The notes: generated by a model from the letters alone, not told the origin. A stretch of DNA of 64,000 nt from Raillietiella orientalis (GCA_036172245.1 JAYWIR010000008.1:5084001-5148000); one strand, 5' to 3'. Positions 1-13,750 are shown, counted from the first letter of the stretch. Program-made: numbers and translations.

Positions 1-879
1 GTTGCCGTGATATTTCGTGATACTCTTTTCCTGCAATCTTCCCTCCTCTCCCCTTTTCCATCTTCCTTCTTCTCCCCACCCGCCAAGGTCACCTCTGGAG
101 GTTCTCTGCGTGTGCACACTCTCAGAAGCACCCGATTTCTTCTTCGACTTGGATTGCGGACCCTGCCCACGTCGACCAGCTTTCTGCTTTTTGTAATCTT
201 GATACGGGATGGCACGCATGAGCACGGGACAGAAAAATGCCTTCCCGTCCACTTTCCTCGTACTCTTCTTTCGGCTGCTGCTAACTCGGTTGCCTCCTGC
301 CAGTCGACCGGGAGCAGTCCCGAAGGAGGTCACGAACGGTGCTCGCGGCGGAGAGGGATACTGTGTTCTGTCCCTTTCGTTTTCCTGGTTGCCTGGGATA
401 ATTTTTCCAAGGTGTTCAGGAACCCTGCATCCCCCGTCGTTGCGTTTATTCTGTCGTAGGAGGAGGAGAGGGACGGACTGGGGAGAAGACTGAATGAAGG
501 CCTGTGGCTCCCGTCCTTACCGGGTAGACAACCAAGCGGAGGCCGAAGGTTCCTCTGACTTTTGCTCAAATGTTATCGGCAAAAGAGCGGGGAGGTTTTT
601 CGGGTGCCACTTCGGGTGATGCCACCCTCCCCTTTCGCGCTAGTAGACAAAGTGGGAACTTTTCGAGCAAGAGGGGAACCCCAGGTGCCTTCCCCATTCG
701 TCGCGTAGTTGGAGTTTCACCCTTAAAGTTGGTGCCATAGGGAAGTGGGGAAGAATACGCAGACCCGGATGCCAACTCGAAAAGCTTTTCCGAGCAACCT
801 TCGCTGACGACGGCCTCCGAGTCGGCGGAGCACCAGCGCAGCCATGCGGAATCATTTAGCACGAGCCAGTCAAGCGAGG

Positions 880-3300
880 GCGGCTGCTCGGGACGCCTCC
901 GGGCATCCCGTTGGCAACGGTCGCCACTTATGTCTCCTTCACTTCGAGGGGTTTCCCTGTAGGTGGGCACTGCCGGCACCTGCAGACCCGGGGCTCATTC
1001 ATGCCGGCCACGGGAGCCTGCGTTTGTCCAGAGGAGACCGTTCTTGCGCGGGAGTATTTCCAAAGTCGCAGTTTTCAGCCTGCCCTCGCCGCCTCCATCA
1101 CAGCTGGCTGGCAGGAGGTGTCTTCGTGGCGCGTGATTTTCTTCCGAGCGCCCGTCGTCGCAGGCGACGTGGGTGGCGATGAGACTCCGCGCTCGGGTCT
1201 TAGCAGCAGCAGCGGCGGCTGCTGGCACTTCCAGACCTGCGGCCGGATTGCCGGCATGGTGTCTGCGAGTTGAGGGCAGCGCCGTGACATTATCCCTTCC
1301 CGGGGAGAAGCTGCGCCAGCCGTCTCAACCCAGGAGCCTCCTTGCCTGTCGTGCCCTTCCGGCAGATCTCCCGGTGCTTTGCAGCGGTGCTGCTTTCCCG
1401 TCCCTGCTTTTCTTGCAGGTGAAGCGGCAGAGTGGACGAGAACAGTGGTCGTCTTCTGGAGAGACCGCGCCGTGAGGAACTCGGTCCAGTGCGGCCGCCA
1501 TCCGGAGCGGGGCCCCTCGGTCCCGTTTCTTTCAGCACCATCTGGCACAGAGGAGCCAACTGCTCCACCTACGCGGTCGCGGAGGTCCCACGTCCGTACG
1601 CGGCGCTTCTCCTGGAGAAGCAGTCAGCGGCGAATCTCTCACCGGTATGCGCCTGCAGAGGACCTCCCAGTCCGCGTACATGGCATCGGGGGGGGGAGGG
1701 GGTCAGGTCAGGTGCGTTCGAGGGAATGATCCCGTACGCACTCCCTTTCCCTGTGCCTCTGTGGTTTTTCGGGAGATTACTTCATTCGGAATTTCCTGGA
1801 TCTCGTTCGAACCAGATCTGAGGGATCCGGGCTAGCTGATAAGAAAGGCAGTTCGGGCTTCAGCCCGTTTCTCTACATTCTCATCCGGAGGGATTACAGG
1901 ATACATCCAGATCTGACCGAAACAAATGCACCTTAATAAATGCGGCAATGTTTTGTTCCTCCCTGAATTCCCTTCTCACAAACTCATCCTTGTTTCGGGG
2001 GGGGAAGAGGGAGGAGGAAGGGCGTGAGTGTGAACTGCTGCAGGGCTGAGGCGCGCCTTTCGGTGCGGGCGAGCAATTTCACGCTTCGGAGGTTCTTTGC
2101 GATGCGGTCCTCGGTTTTCCGCCACGGCCCTTTGACGAAGACGTCGCACTCCCTTGAGGCAGCTCTGGGCTGCTTCCGGCTTCTAACTGACAAGTCCTGT
2201 GTTCCGCCCTCCGTGTTGCCCAGCCGAGGTAGGCGCACTCCGAGCTTCTAGTGTGGCTGTTTCCGGCGGGATCGGCGGTCTTTGATCTGGGACGCACCCT
2301 GCGAGATGGTGATGGTGCTGCCGACAGAAGAAGGGGAACTGCAGGGGAGGCTGTCCCACGCCTTCTGCAGGATTGGTTGACCTTGCAATGACCGTTTTTT
2401 TTTTTTTTTGAAGGAGGGAAGGAGGAAGGGGGGGGGGGGAGAGAAGTGCGAAGCAAGGAGTCTACTCGAAGGCCAGCGCGACGCTAGCCAGCAGGGCATC
2501 GTGCTGCCTGACGTTCTTGCTCTTCGGGATGACTTCCGGAAAATCAGCTCGACAAAAACTCTCAGGAAGATCCGGGGAACCGTTGAAAGTTGAGACACTT
2601 AGACCATTCGGGGAGGAAGAAAGAACTCTTCCTCTCCAAACGGGTTAGTGGTGCACCCCCGGTCTACAGGAAAGAGCACAACCACGTACTCAGGATGCTG
2701 CCGATCAGTGAAGTCGGGCACGAGAACTCTGGAACGCTCCGAACGAACCTCTTCCTTTTTCGGCAGGGTGGGAAGAGGGTCCGGCAAAACGGTCCACTTT
2801 TCTCCAGGCCCCTCCTCCTTCCTGTGGATTTAATTTCTGCTGTTATCGGACGGGAAAATAGAGCAGAAATCTCCCCAGGACCCCTATTCTCTGACCTGGG
2901 AGCGACGACTCTTCTACAGGGAAGGGTGCCGACGGCTTGGACGGCGGCGCCCCTTAGCACTCCGTGTGCAAGGAGGACCTCCTCGTTCCTTCGGTTCCCG
3001 GAGGTGTTCGCCACGTGCTCACTGTGCGGGCATCCTCGGAGCCAGCGCTTTCGGTCTTCCTCGCACCCTTCCACATCCCTTCTCTCTCTCTGGGGACAGA
3101 GAGGTAGGAAAGGAACGACTTGTCAAGGGAAGGTCTCCTGATAGTGCTCTTCCCAACTCCCTCTTGCGTACGCGCTGCCTCTTCCTGGAAAGGAGTATCA
3201 GAAGAGAGATGGTACGTGTGACTGGAGCCAGTGTGATGGAGCACGAGATGAACGGTCATGAACCCACCCTCCCGGAGTCATCCTTTCGTAGAGAGTAGGC
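880..3300 (+). mobile_element. Degenerate L1-clade LINE ORF2 relic (RT through C-terminal zinc finger)
   Basis: Corrupted motifs occur in correct order across frames: APADPG (~KAPGPDG, ~975), REYFQSRSF (~EFFxSG), RDFLPS (~DFRPIS, ~1130), AIRSGAPRSRFF (~GIRQGDPLSPFLF, ~1500), ISHRYAPAEDL (~ISHLQYADD, ~1640), LPFPVPL (~LPFxYLGVPL), KCTLINAAM (~GRxTLIxSVL), LLQGRVPT...CSLCG (zf-RVT, ~2910-3030). Many stops and frameshifts. Confidence 0.65.
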
Positions 3301-5449
3301 TGTCCGGCGAAAGGGGCTGCGTTCTCTTTCACCTGTTTCGAGAGGCCCGGTCTTCTCTCGAAGGCGTTCAATTAGGCTTTCTTCCCGGTCACACCAGGGC
3401 GTTTCTCAAAAATAAACAAACCGGGAACTCTGTTCCCAAGGGAAACCGCAAGAAGTTCGAGAGATCGCCGGCACGCAGCTCGTTCGCACGGGAAGTCCGC
3501 AGAGGGAGGGAAGGGGACAATAGGTGCGTGAAAAAGGAAAGGGAAGGTAAGGACAGGGGTCTTTGACACGAGCCAATCCTTCCATCCTTGAACCGGCGCA
3601 CGAATACGGGCAATCTCCCTGAGGACTTCTTTCGAATAAACCATTTCTCTGCAGTCCTCGCTGAACGCGGTGGACCTCCCAACGCTACGGCAAGAGGTCG
3701 CGATGGGGCGGGTGGAAATCGCTGAACACGGTCCCTGGGGGAAGTCCGCCGCGCGCAAAGGATCGCCGCGGCGAGGTCCTGGAGGTATCCTGTGGGTGCG
3801 GCAGCGCTGAAAACAGCCTCCGGCCACGGGTTCTTGGAGAGCACCTCAGTTCAGCATCAGGTGAAGGAACGATTGTATCGTCCCGCATTGGGAGGGCAGC
3901 TCGGAGATTTTACTCCTGCGCAAACGAGATCTCGACTCCCGCTGCACTGGAGACGTCGGTGCACCACATCCTCACCGTTATTATTTGTAAAATTAGAGCT
4001 ATGCCAGCCAAAGAGCCCCGAGGCATCCGAGCACAGGGGAGGGACATGAGTTCCCCAAAGGGCGCACTCGGCAAGAGCCATTGCCACCAGAGCGCTCCAT
4101 TGACCAGAGGCTGTGGAGTGGCGGCATGCACCACCTCGCTCGCCTCCTAGCCGTCGAGTCGCGTCACTCCCTCGGTACGGGTGTTTCTGATCCGCCAGTT
4201 GGGAACCGTCGTTGTTTGCCTTTAGGGCAGGAGACGTTGAAGTTGGCGGCAAGGGGAACGCTTTCCTGCCTTCTCTTTACTTGCTTGCCATGGAAGCTGA
4301 GGGAACGGTACGTTCTGGAGGGAAGAGGGGCGGAAGGGGGGGGGAAAGGAGGGTTCTCGGCGCACCTTATATCAGAGGCCGTGACATGTCCCTCCCCCAG
4401 TGCATGCTATCCGGAGGAAGAGTGGCGAAGTGGATGGTGCCTCTGTCATCCTGGCCTCTTTCGATTTTGGCGTTACAAGCAGCAAGCAGCTTCTAGGAAC
4501 AAGGCTGGCTATAGGGCGTCGCGTACGAAGAGCCGCTGACCGGAGGAGGGGGAGGAGGCAGGAAGAAATGCCTCTGTCTATGCCTCTTTTCCTTCCCTAC
4601 CCCAATAGCAAGAGCTCGGAAAAGGGTACCATAAGTCACTGTGCAGGCAGCAGTGCCCCTATCGAGTGAGGATTTCACGGATATCAACTGCTTTTCCCCC
4701 TTTAAGAGAAGACCCGACTCGGCCAAAGCCCCAACCCTGGCAAAGATGCATGCCGCCGGCTGCCACACGAGTGCACTGAGGTACAGCCCGGCCACTACTG
4801 ACTCCGCGGTTTAGGAAACCACGGAAATAACCCGAATGACCTCCATGTAGCGAGATCCGAGGTGGAAAGGGGAATGGAACGCGAACAGTCGGGGAGGAGA
4901 AGGGGGAATGGAGCCGTCTTCCTCTTGCCTCTCTTCCTCGAGGACGATGAGAAGCCCCGCCCAAGCTGCAGACGCACCTCGTAGAGGCGCAGCGACCGGG
5001 TCAAAAGTTTCCTCTCCCCCCCCCCGCCCATCCCTGCCTCTGGACAAGCACGCTGCATGTGCCGGCGGTTCCTTCGGGGCACCCAACGCTTGGCTTCCTG
5101 GATCCGCCGTCGGAGGCGGAGGCGCTCGCTACCCATTCCAGGAGGTGGCTCCCGCTCGCTTGCAGAACTTCTGGCGCCGTCTTTGGGAGCTCCCGGACTC
5201 TCTGCCTTTGTCCGGGAGCGGTGCGTTGAGGGACGAAGACTGCTGGAAAAAGCGGTAGGGAGCGGGGAAATTGGCGGAAGGGAAAAAGGGGAGTAGTTGG
5301 ACGGAAAGAAAGCACGGGGGAAAGGGGCGAGAGGGGGCAGCGGCCGGGAGACAGGGGGATGGAAGAGACACAAGTGATGGGAAGGGCACGTTAGCAAGGC
5401 GTGCGGAAGGCCGGACACGCCAGGCAAAAGGCTGCCGCCACCTGGCGGG

Positions 5450-7150
5450 ATGCCACGAGGTGAGGGAAGCGGAGAGCGCGTCGGGAGGAACAGACCGCTT
5501 GGAGCCTCTAAACGTTGGGACACCCCCTCCGGCAAACAGGGATCGCAATTCGGCGCCAGTCGTGCCGGTTGCTTAAGCCTCGGTTTCACGCACAGGACGT
5601 CGAACGGAAGAAGCTCCTTCCTTTCCCCCGCATGGACGCTGCTGCTCATCCCCGATTGTGTGTCCAGATCTCGAGACTTTCCTCCGCCCCTTGCTACTTG
5701 CAGGGGTTGTTGACTCTCGCTCTTCCTCAGGCAGCCTTTTCCCGCGCTCTCTGGACTAGTCTGATCTTCCCCTTTCTCCATGTTCACCTGCAGACAGGTG
5801 AGCTATTTTCCCTCCCAACGCAACTTTTTCCACTGTTCCAGAGCTTGTATCCTTGGAGCATTCATTCCCTGCACTCCGGGAAGATCGGCACTTGCGTGGC
5901 ATTTGCCTTCTCTTCTGAATGGGGTAACCCCTAACAGTGCCCGTGGAGGCTTCTCCACTCGGAAGGAGGGGGGAGAGAGAAGAGAGATCTTTTCTAGAAA
6001 AGGGTTTGGTGCCTTTGCCCTCTGGAGAAGCCCTTCCCGGAAGACGAACGACCTCTGGCGGGAAGTTTCCGATCGAGGATTCCGGGCGTTGCCACCCGGT
6101 TGCGCCGGGGCATTCGCTGGATCTCGGTGGACGTACAGAGAAGGAGGTGGGCAACAGCACTCTCGGCCCTGACACACCCACTGAGCAGGGAATCTGTCGA
6201 GACGCCGATGAGGTTTGCCCCGGCAATGCACGAGAGGAAAAAAAAATCAATAAAAATCGACGGGAAAACTTTGGATGGTTTGGGAAGGGACCACGTTTTG
6301 CCAGCGAACGTCCTTCCAAGGATGCTTCCATGCTGCATCCATCATTACTACCCAGACGGGTGGTCATCCTGAAGAAGAGATGGAAGAGATGACGACCTGC
6401 AAAAGTCCGGGCCTCTTTCGGTTGCGGCGCTGCGGGCAGCCACAATGCCAGAAAGGCGGCTGCTGGGCACGCGGCTGGCGGTAGGACGTTGCGCACGAAG
6501 AGGCGCTTGCGAACGTCTCCGAGGCTGCCCACCGGCGTTCCTATATGGGGCCGGAGGGCGGCACGACCCGCGAGAACGCGTGCCGGAGGGGCTGTCGTTC
6601 CCCGCACCTGCGGCAGTTCGGGCTCACCCGCTCCCGAGTCCGGTAGTGTCGGCGCGTGCCGCAGGGAGGACCCTGGCGCTTCAGCAGAAGCGCCGATTCT
6701 TGCCACACGTCAGAGGAAGGAAGGGTGAATGCGCCTGTCAGAATGGCGTGCAGCAGCGCCTTCTCTGGGGGACTCTCCAGCAGCTGGACCTGGCGGAGGC
6801 AGTTCGCCCACTGGGAGTGGGATGCCGAGAGTCGCTGGGTCGGCTAGCCCTCGCGTGCTCCACCCAGCAAGGGGTTTCGATCTTCCCTCGATGAAGCAGG
6901 TGATATCCTACCTTGCCGGTGTGCCACTGCCTTAGGCACTGCACGACTTCCTGCAACGAGCGGCGGGCGTAACTGGGAAATCGCAGGCACTGCGACTGCT
7001 TCGTTCTCGTGCCATTCATCTTCGCCCACGCACGATCTGTTTCCTGTTTCCATTCACTGCGGCTCGTGGGGCAAGCAGGAGATCCAGACGTTCGCGCTTG
7101 CCAAAGCAATCACCCGCCGAAGCTGGCATCCGCGATGGGTCAGACTTCGA
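5450..7150 (+). mobile_element. Degenerate L1 LINE ORF2 3' half (contains the left copy of the 1-kb inverted repeat)
   Basis: EPLNVGTPP (~PxxYLGxP), ISRLSSAPCYL...LP (~LIxSxLSSxPxY..LP), and GCRESLGRLALAC (~zf-RVT ExxxHLxxxC, ~6820-6860). Confidence 0.5.
5904..6924 (+). repeat. Large inverted repeat, left copy (near-identical to 44761-45806)
   Basis: Direct comparison: the reverse complement of 44761-45806 matches apart from a few substitutions, a 2-bp indel and a 27-bp indel. The ORF track gives identical peptides (6445..6894+ and 44791..45240-). Confidence 0.97.
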
Positions 7151-7299
7151 TGAAAAACGAGGTCAGCCCATCGCAGCCGGCTGCTCTCTTGAGGATGCCG
7201 GGCGAGGGAAGACCATCCTGACGGGTTATGGTCGAGAAGACCACCTGGATATGAGGAGAAGCCACCGGCAATTTCGCGGAGTCTGGCGACTGCCGGTCT

Positions 7300-10200
7300 A
7301 GCTGCGGGTGTCCTGCGAAACCGGGAAGACTCGGTGAGCTGCGATGGGACGACGAGAGACTCCGCGTCGTCATGGTGCCGGCGATGTCGCCGCTGCCACC
7401 TGCACAGCGTCCGCAATCCATCCGTCCCCCTCTAGCTACGTTGGTCTTAGGAGCTATCCGAAGCGGACTGCACACCCGGGCCTGCTCGTCGTCCGGGAAG
7501 CGGGCCAGGCCTGGAGGTGGTGCGGAAAGCGAACGGGGAGGATAGGGAGGAGGAAGAGGGACTTCTCTGGAGAGGAGCCATCTGGTTCGAAATCGTTGGC
7601 AGTTGAACTAGTGCACGGATGCAGTCGCCAGGGCGCGGACCGAGGTCGACTCTGGCGCCCTTCCCTCGCTGTCGGATAGTGACAGGAGGAGCTGTGAACG
7701 GCGGTGGACGCCCCTGCGCCACCCTTCCGAGATGGCGTCAGAGGGAGAGAAAGGCAAGCCGCCTCGAAACTCGCGCCGAGGAGCGGAGGGAGAGGAACAG
7801 GAGGGGAAGGGACAGGCAGGTGCCTTTCTCCCAGTTTCAGGAGAACCTGCCCGCGGAGCGGCTTAATTTGCTCGCCGTCCTGGGAGGACCACTGCGGTGT
7901 CCCGTGGGCAGGGAGATTAAGCTTCGGCAGTTAATAATTGATCCTGAAGGGCGGAATGCGGACAGGATGCGAAATCCATCGAGACGCCCGTAAAACACTC
8001 CGTGAGGTAAGATTAATGGTCGGCGGATCCCAGGGAAACGCGATCCCTTCCAGCTTTCCGGTTATGTCTGCACATCGGAGGATTCGGCGGAGAGCAGTTG
8101 GTCCGGAAAAAGATTGCAGAGCTTCTTGTCAGGACGCGGTGATGAATGGAAACAGTTCTTGGATGCACCACCGAGCGGCGCGCACAGATGAGGCCCGAAA
8201 ATGGATCGCGCCGCTGCTCCGGGCGAGGCGCCCGATCTCCCGATCACACGTTCCGGAGGAGAGGGAGCCAGATCCAGGGAGAGTAAGAGAGGGGCGAGGC
8301 ACAGGTCTCGGGGAGAACTCGAAAAAAGCGTCACCGCGGTCGGCGTTCCGCTCATGTTAGCCGGCGGCGGACCCGAGGAAAGCCCGGAGCAGCCGGCTCA
8401 CTTCGTGGTGGAAGCTACCCGGGACTTGTCGGGCACGCCAGCGCCAGCTCGCCCCTCAAAACCCATCTGTCTCGGAGAGGAGAGTGAAACCAAAGAACTC
8501 TGTCCTGCAGACGCTGTCAGGTGAGTGGATGAGACTTGCTGCACGTCTCGCACCACGCACGCTGCAACTGCCTCGTCTTCATAGCGAGGGGCAGGCCGGC
8601 TGGTCACATAGTTTGAGGAAGGTTATCACCGCTCCGGTGAGTGCTTGCTTCCCGGAAGTCAGAATCCTCCTGGTTCGACCGGAAATCGAATCACCGCCAT
8701 CTTGAATCCGTCAGCCATCGTTGAGCGCGCGGCTGCGCCGTCCCGCCGCAAGCTCGAGGAGAAGGAAGGGAAGAGCCCTCCCGGGATTGCTCTCTTCCTC
8801 TCCTCTTCTGGGATCCAGTTCTGCTTTTGGGCCCCGGTTTTCGGCTCTCCAAGATCTTGAGGTTCCTCCCCGGTCTCTCTTCTGCTGACCCCTTTCCTCC
8901 CACCGCGCGAACACCTTTCCCCGCGACCGGCATGAACTCTTTCGCGTGTCCGAAACCTCCCGTTTGCTTCCTGCGGAAGCCCCCATTCTACTTTTGCGCT
9001 TCTGCCCGAGTCCTCGCCATCTCTCTTCGATATCTTCGAAGAAACCAGTTGTCGTGCTCTGTTCATCCAGCCCTCGGCGGCCTTCCAGCCAGAGTCCTCT
9101 GCTCCCCTGCCCTTGAGCAGCTTCACAGCGAGCGTCGAAGGCAGTCGTTGGAATTTCAGCTCCATTTTTCACGGTCATTCGTCTCACTGTAGTCTCCTCT
9201 TTGCTTGAGGTGGTCAGTTGCGCAAAGGTCTTTCTCTCGTGGCCGCAGGAAGCTGTTGCCCGGAATCGTCTCCGGAAACACCAGAATGCCGTGTCTCCAG
9301 AGACGAAACTTGCCATAAAAACAAGAATGCCCTTTCTCGCAGATGGCTCCTCTTTTGGCCATTTTCTGTTTTTTTCTGCTTCGTCTAAAGAGGGAGGCTC
9401 CCTGCGGTCCACGTTTCCTGCGTTCGGGGACTCAAAGAGTTACGCGCCACACGCACATTCAGTTGATTTTGGATTTTGGTATCTACCTTGCTTGGAGGTG
9501 CCCAAAGATCAGTAAAGACGAGAGTTCCTTCTACCCTGTCGAGGATTCATCGCGTTTCTCTAAGAAAAGGGGGTCCCATAAATGCACATGCAGTTCGCCT
9601 CGTTCCAGATTCCAGTCCCAAGGTCACCGTGTCCTCATCACCATCAGCGAAAGCTCCACCTTGTTCGTGTGTCCACTCCAAATCTCTATGTGGAAGAAGA
9701 GGGCTATCCCTGCTTTGCAAGGAACTGTGGGAATCTTCAGGCTTTTCCGCACTTTCAGTTCCGAAAATCGAGACATCTTCCAGTGATTCCATCAGTGGCT
9801 AAAATATCGCAAGTCCGTTTGGACTTTGGAAGGATTTTTTGTTTCCATAGTGGCTGTCGATGTGCTCTGACGTGACCAGTTCCAGACGCCTCGTCTTGGT
9901 AAAGAAGGTACCAAACTCTTAAACATGCGAGCCAAGTCGGAAGCAGTTCGAATGTTTAGCATCTTCAGAACTCAGAAAAGGAAGCAGCCGGTGAAACGCT
10001 ACCAGACTAAGTTGCCTCCAGCTTGCAGTCCTTTCGGAAGCGGCACCACAACTCCCCGCAGAGAGCACGTGGAGCAAAAGCGGTGCAAGAGGGAAGCTGA
10101 ATCCAGCGAGTCCACGGGAGGCAGAAAGCCAATGGCCGGAATCCTTGAGACTCGTTCTCTAGGCGACGTTTCGAAAGGATGCTTCGCCCCTCCACCAAAG

Positions 10201-10950
10201 CAAGAGCAGACTACAAGTCCTGAGGAGTCCACCGGTTCTCAGGTCTCCTGTTCCATTTTGAGGCCCGGTCACCTCCTTTCTCTGTCGGAGTCGCTTTGCT
10301 TGGAGTCTGGGATGAAGCCGCCTGTTCGACCCCATCGTTTTGCCACGAGCCTTTGGCGACGCCGCTCTGCTGCCATCGCGAGATGCAACGCAGGAAAGAC
10401 TCTGTTCGTTCTGCGGAACGCCGGAGGGTGAGGCGAAGTCTGCTTGCCTATGACGGCGCCTCTTTGTCAGCAGCTTCAGCAGCGGTCCTGGTCGAGATCC
10501 CGAAAAACTACCATCGCTTTCAGTCTGAAGGATGGGTCTCTATTCATGAACACCACTGACCAGTCTTCCTGAGTGGTTTCCTCTTCTTTGTCTTCTGATT
10601 TTCACTTTGTTTCATTTTTTCAAATCCGTTCTGATCCTTGGTGACTGCTGCCGCGTACTGGTGAACTCTGCAACAATCACTCAGATCTTTCACCTTGCTC
10701 CCGAACAGAGTGAATGACCTGAGTTTTCGGTGCTCATCTACTCTTAAAGTGCGGATTCTACAGTCGATGATGGACCAGCGTTCCCTCTCCCTTTAGCCTC
10801 TTCGGGATGGTTTCTGCTTTGAACTTGGAAAACTTTCGGCACCGTCACTGGATGCCTTTACTATTCAGTCCAGCAGCCACTACGTCCAGGACACCTGCTG
10901 GACAAATCTGAGGGAGGATGTCCTCTCCAAGCGACCGAGAGCAGATCGAC
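7300..10950 (+). mobile_element. Degenerate L1 LINE relic spanning ORF1, endonuclease and start of RT
   Basis: Weak ORF1-like RGAIWFE (~GPWxF) and LGGPL; EN-like WESSGFS (~WxxxGDFN) and RLDFGRIF (~RLDRFL); RT-like FTLLPNRVNDLSFR (~ITLIPK..DFRP, ~10690) and KTFGTV (~KAFDTV, ~10830). Confidence 0.4.
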
Positions 10951-11439
10951 ACATGGAGTCGCCGGAAGAGATCTGCAACTTTTCAGCCACTCGGGACGAA
11001 AGGCAAGCAAGCAGGTGAGCTGAGGGGCGGAAATCCAGGGTAAGACCGCGTGGGTTCCGACAACGGAGGCGAGCCCGTCCTACAAGGTCCCACAGGAAGC
11101 ATCCGGCAAAGCCGTCCGTTCCCTCCCGGCAGCAACACGCAGCGATGATCTTCCTGCACTAAGGTTCCGCCGCGCAAGCAACACCGGCAGCGCTGGAGAC
11201 GAGAGGGAAGCTCACGCGTCCTCGAATTTTGCGGGGAGACTGAACTACCCTCGAACCTACTTCCTGGACTGCAGGTTTCCCCTCAGGGAATGGCAGCTTC
11301 CGCGGCGGTCCTTCACAACACAAGAACCACAATCCATCGCTGGCCCACAGGTGCTGACGTGCTACATCCGAGCTGCTGTCGCGACTGCTTTGGATGATGA
11401 AAATCCTTTTAGGTTCTTCTATTTTCGTTGCTTTCCTTC

Positions 11440-12250
11440 TAGTTTTTACTTTTTTCAAGTTCTTTTTTTCTTTTTGGTTGTCAAAAAGTGCTGATGAACC
11501 GTCCACCTTCTTAGAGGGGAGAGTCCCAAAAAACTCTTTAACGTTGCCCACGCCACCAGAGGATGTGTGCCATTCTTCAAAGTTGAGGGGGGGAGGGTTA
11601 TCATCTTATGAATCCAGGAAGAGCTCTAGAGGAAGGAGTTCATTCCTCTCACGCTTGGGAGGGAACCCTCGTCCCGGTTGTCTCCGAAGGGAAAGAAACA
11701 TCTTTCTCATCCTCTCCGGAGGAACCCCTGGTTTGTGGAGACCGCTCCTCATTTCTTCTCCTGAGGGGAACCCGGAAAGAATCCGTCCTGGAATTTCTTC
11801 TCCGGAGGGAACGCACGCAAGAGAACCGCTCCTTGTTTCCTTCTCCTCTGTAGAAGAAGCTGGAGGGACGCTTCCCAATTTATCTGAAGGGCACTCCCCG
11901 AAGGGAACGGCGAGCTTCTGATACCATGGGGAGGTACCAGTCCACCAGCTCCATGGTACGAGATGAAGAATCCTCCCTCTAAGGAAGGAGATGATGGCTC
12001 CATTTTCACAACCTTGATTTCTGGAAGGACCTCCGAGGTTCACTTCCAATCCAGACCAGTCAACCAGGGGTTTCCGCTTCCACCAGTGCCGCACCCGAAG
12101 CCTGTCAATCAACCAGCATCATCCTGTGGGAGGACTCGAAACCCACGACGTACCCGTTTCTCGGCATCAATCCATCCCTGGGTGGGATTCGAACCCTCAA
12201 CATTCGATACCATGCGCAGGGACCGTACACACGGCCCACGTGGCGAGGAC
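11440..12250 (-). mobile_element. tRNA-derived SINE-like element, copy A
   Basis: B box GGTTCGAATCC on minus strand (GGATTCGAACC at 12185-12195), body shared with five other copies, A-rich tail (T-rich on + at ~11440-11475). Confidence 0.8.
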
Positions 12251-12329
12251 GTCCAGATGCTTTTACGCCGTTCATGATGCAGAGGGTGGCCAAACTTCCT
12301 CACCGCTTCACCGGGATCAAAAAGGGAAA

Positions 12330-13750
12330 TAAGTGGTGACCCCCCTCCTCCTCGCTCTCCGATTCCTCACAGACACAGGGTGCAAGCGACGAGCGTTTGT
12401 TCTCTATGTTTCCCCGCATCATATCTTTATTTATCTTAGCCACCAGCCTGTGTCGACGTTCTCCGAATGAGACCCCGAGTCTTACATTGATGTGCGTCCA
12501 TTCCCATCGAATCATCGCTCCGGCGTGACTGGGGGCTTGAAGTAAAGGCGTTCGAGGCGTGGCGTTCCTGTAACTTGCGAGCTGATGCGCACACGTGAGC
12601 TGCCGCTGCCAAGCTGAGGTGACTGAAGGGGGGCCGGATCTCCCAAAACACCTACCCACGACCCAGAGTTTCGCCGTTTTGGACGGATTCCGTTCGCCTG
12701 GAAAGTTTTCCGTGCGACCCCGAAGCACGTTGAGGAAGCTCTCAGGTCTCTGGATCTCCAGCCGGTCCACCCTTCGTTCTCCGGACGAAGATCGGTGCAT
12801 TCCGTGGTTCTGCGAAGAGCGCGCATGCATGTTCGGATCTTCCCTTCCCTGGTTGTGCTTTCTTGCAATCATCGACCAGGTGAACTTGGTATCAGTAGAT
12901 CGGATGGCTGCTCTAGTAAGTCCCGGTTAGAACGCAGGTTGTCCGCAGACAATCTGACACCTCCGCCTTTGCCATATGGGATGCTGAATACGATCGGAAT
13001 GGCGAAAGCGCGCGCGCGTCCCCTGGCGGAGTCGCTCCGCACGGACGTTCTGTGCGCTGCGGTTTTCGCTTGCCGGGACTTGACGGCCGCGAAGCAGGAC
13101 CCGTCCCCACAGAACAGAAGAAACTTCCCAGAGCGTCAGACCTGTCCACCCTACACTGGAGGTGCTCTCGACTAGGACGGATTCTGCCTCAGAGGCGTTC
13201 GGTCGTAACCCGTCGGATGACAGCTTCGCCCCGCCGGCCGGCCGACCAAGAACGTGTGTCAAATGTCCGAACCTGAGGTCCCTCTCGCATCGAGCAGAAC
13301 CTTTCCATCGCAACGACCACTCATCAGTAAAATAAAACGAACCCTCTCACGATGGTCTAATCGCGCGAGGTCTCTGTACTCCTTCGGAGAGAGCCCAAAT
13401 ACCTAATCACAGGAAACACTCTCAGCCCGAAAGCAAGGGACCGGCGGGTGGATGCACGCTCGTGGCCTTCACATCCCAGCCACGAGTGGCTTCCCTGGAA
13501 ACTCAGTTGACACCCTTCGCTAATTAATGCTTTTTCAGTGTCCTTGCCTAATAAGCGGCTCATTCGTGTTGTGGCTCATCAAAGCGCATTCTCTAACTAA
13601 TCTCTCAGGGGTCCTCTCAGCACCCTCCGTGGCTTTTGCTACCTGATGGTGATTCCCGGTGCAGTAAGCAAGATGCCGAGGCAGAAGGCAGTGTGCCACT
13701 CGAGGTTGTTGGTGCCGCACTCCACCGCCCGAGCACAGAATTCCTTCCAG
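12330..13750 (-). mobile_element. Degenerate L1 LINE RT relic
   Basis: Minus strand, in order: LLGKDTEKA (~KLDxEKA), LTHVL (~LTHLxFADD), PFRSY (~PFRYLG), DGNGRT (~GNGxxT of the post-RT region). Confidence 0.45.

Noticed and set aside
4795..6706. Longest ORFs (330 aa and 316 aa, minus strand)
   Set aside because: They are low-complexity P/S/R-rich, antisense to an L1 relic and have no recognisable domain. The duplicate copy is frameshifted.
11911..11930. Minus-strand TGGTATCAGAAGC resembling a tRNA-iMet primer-binding site
   Set aside because: It lies inside SINE copy A, the other copies read differently at the aligned position, and there is no adjacent LTR pair.
12160..12250. Functional tRNA genes at the six B-box sites
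   Set aside because: No intact cloverleaf or acceptor stem could be folded, and each is attached to the same repeat body.
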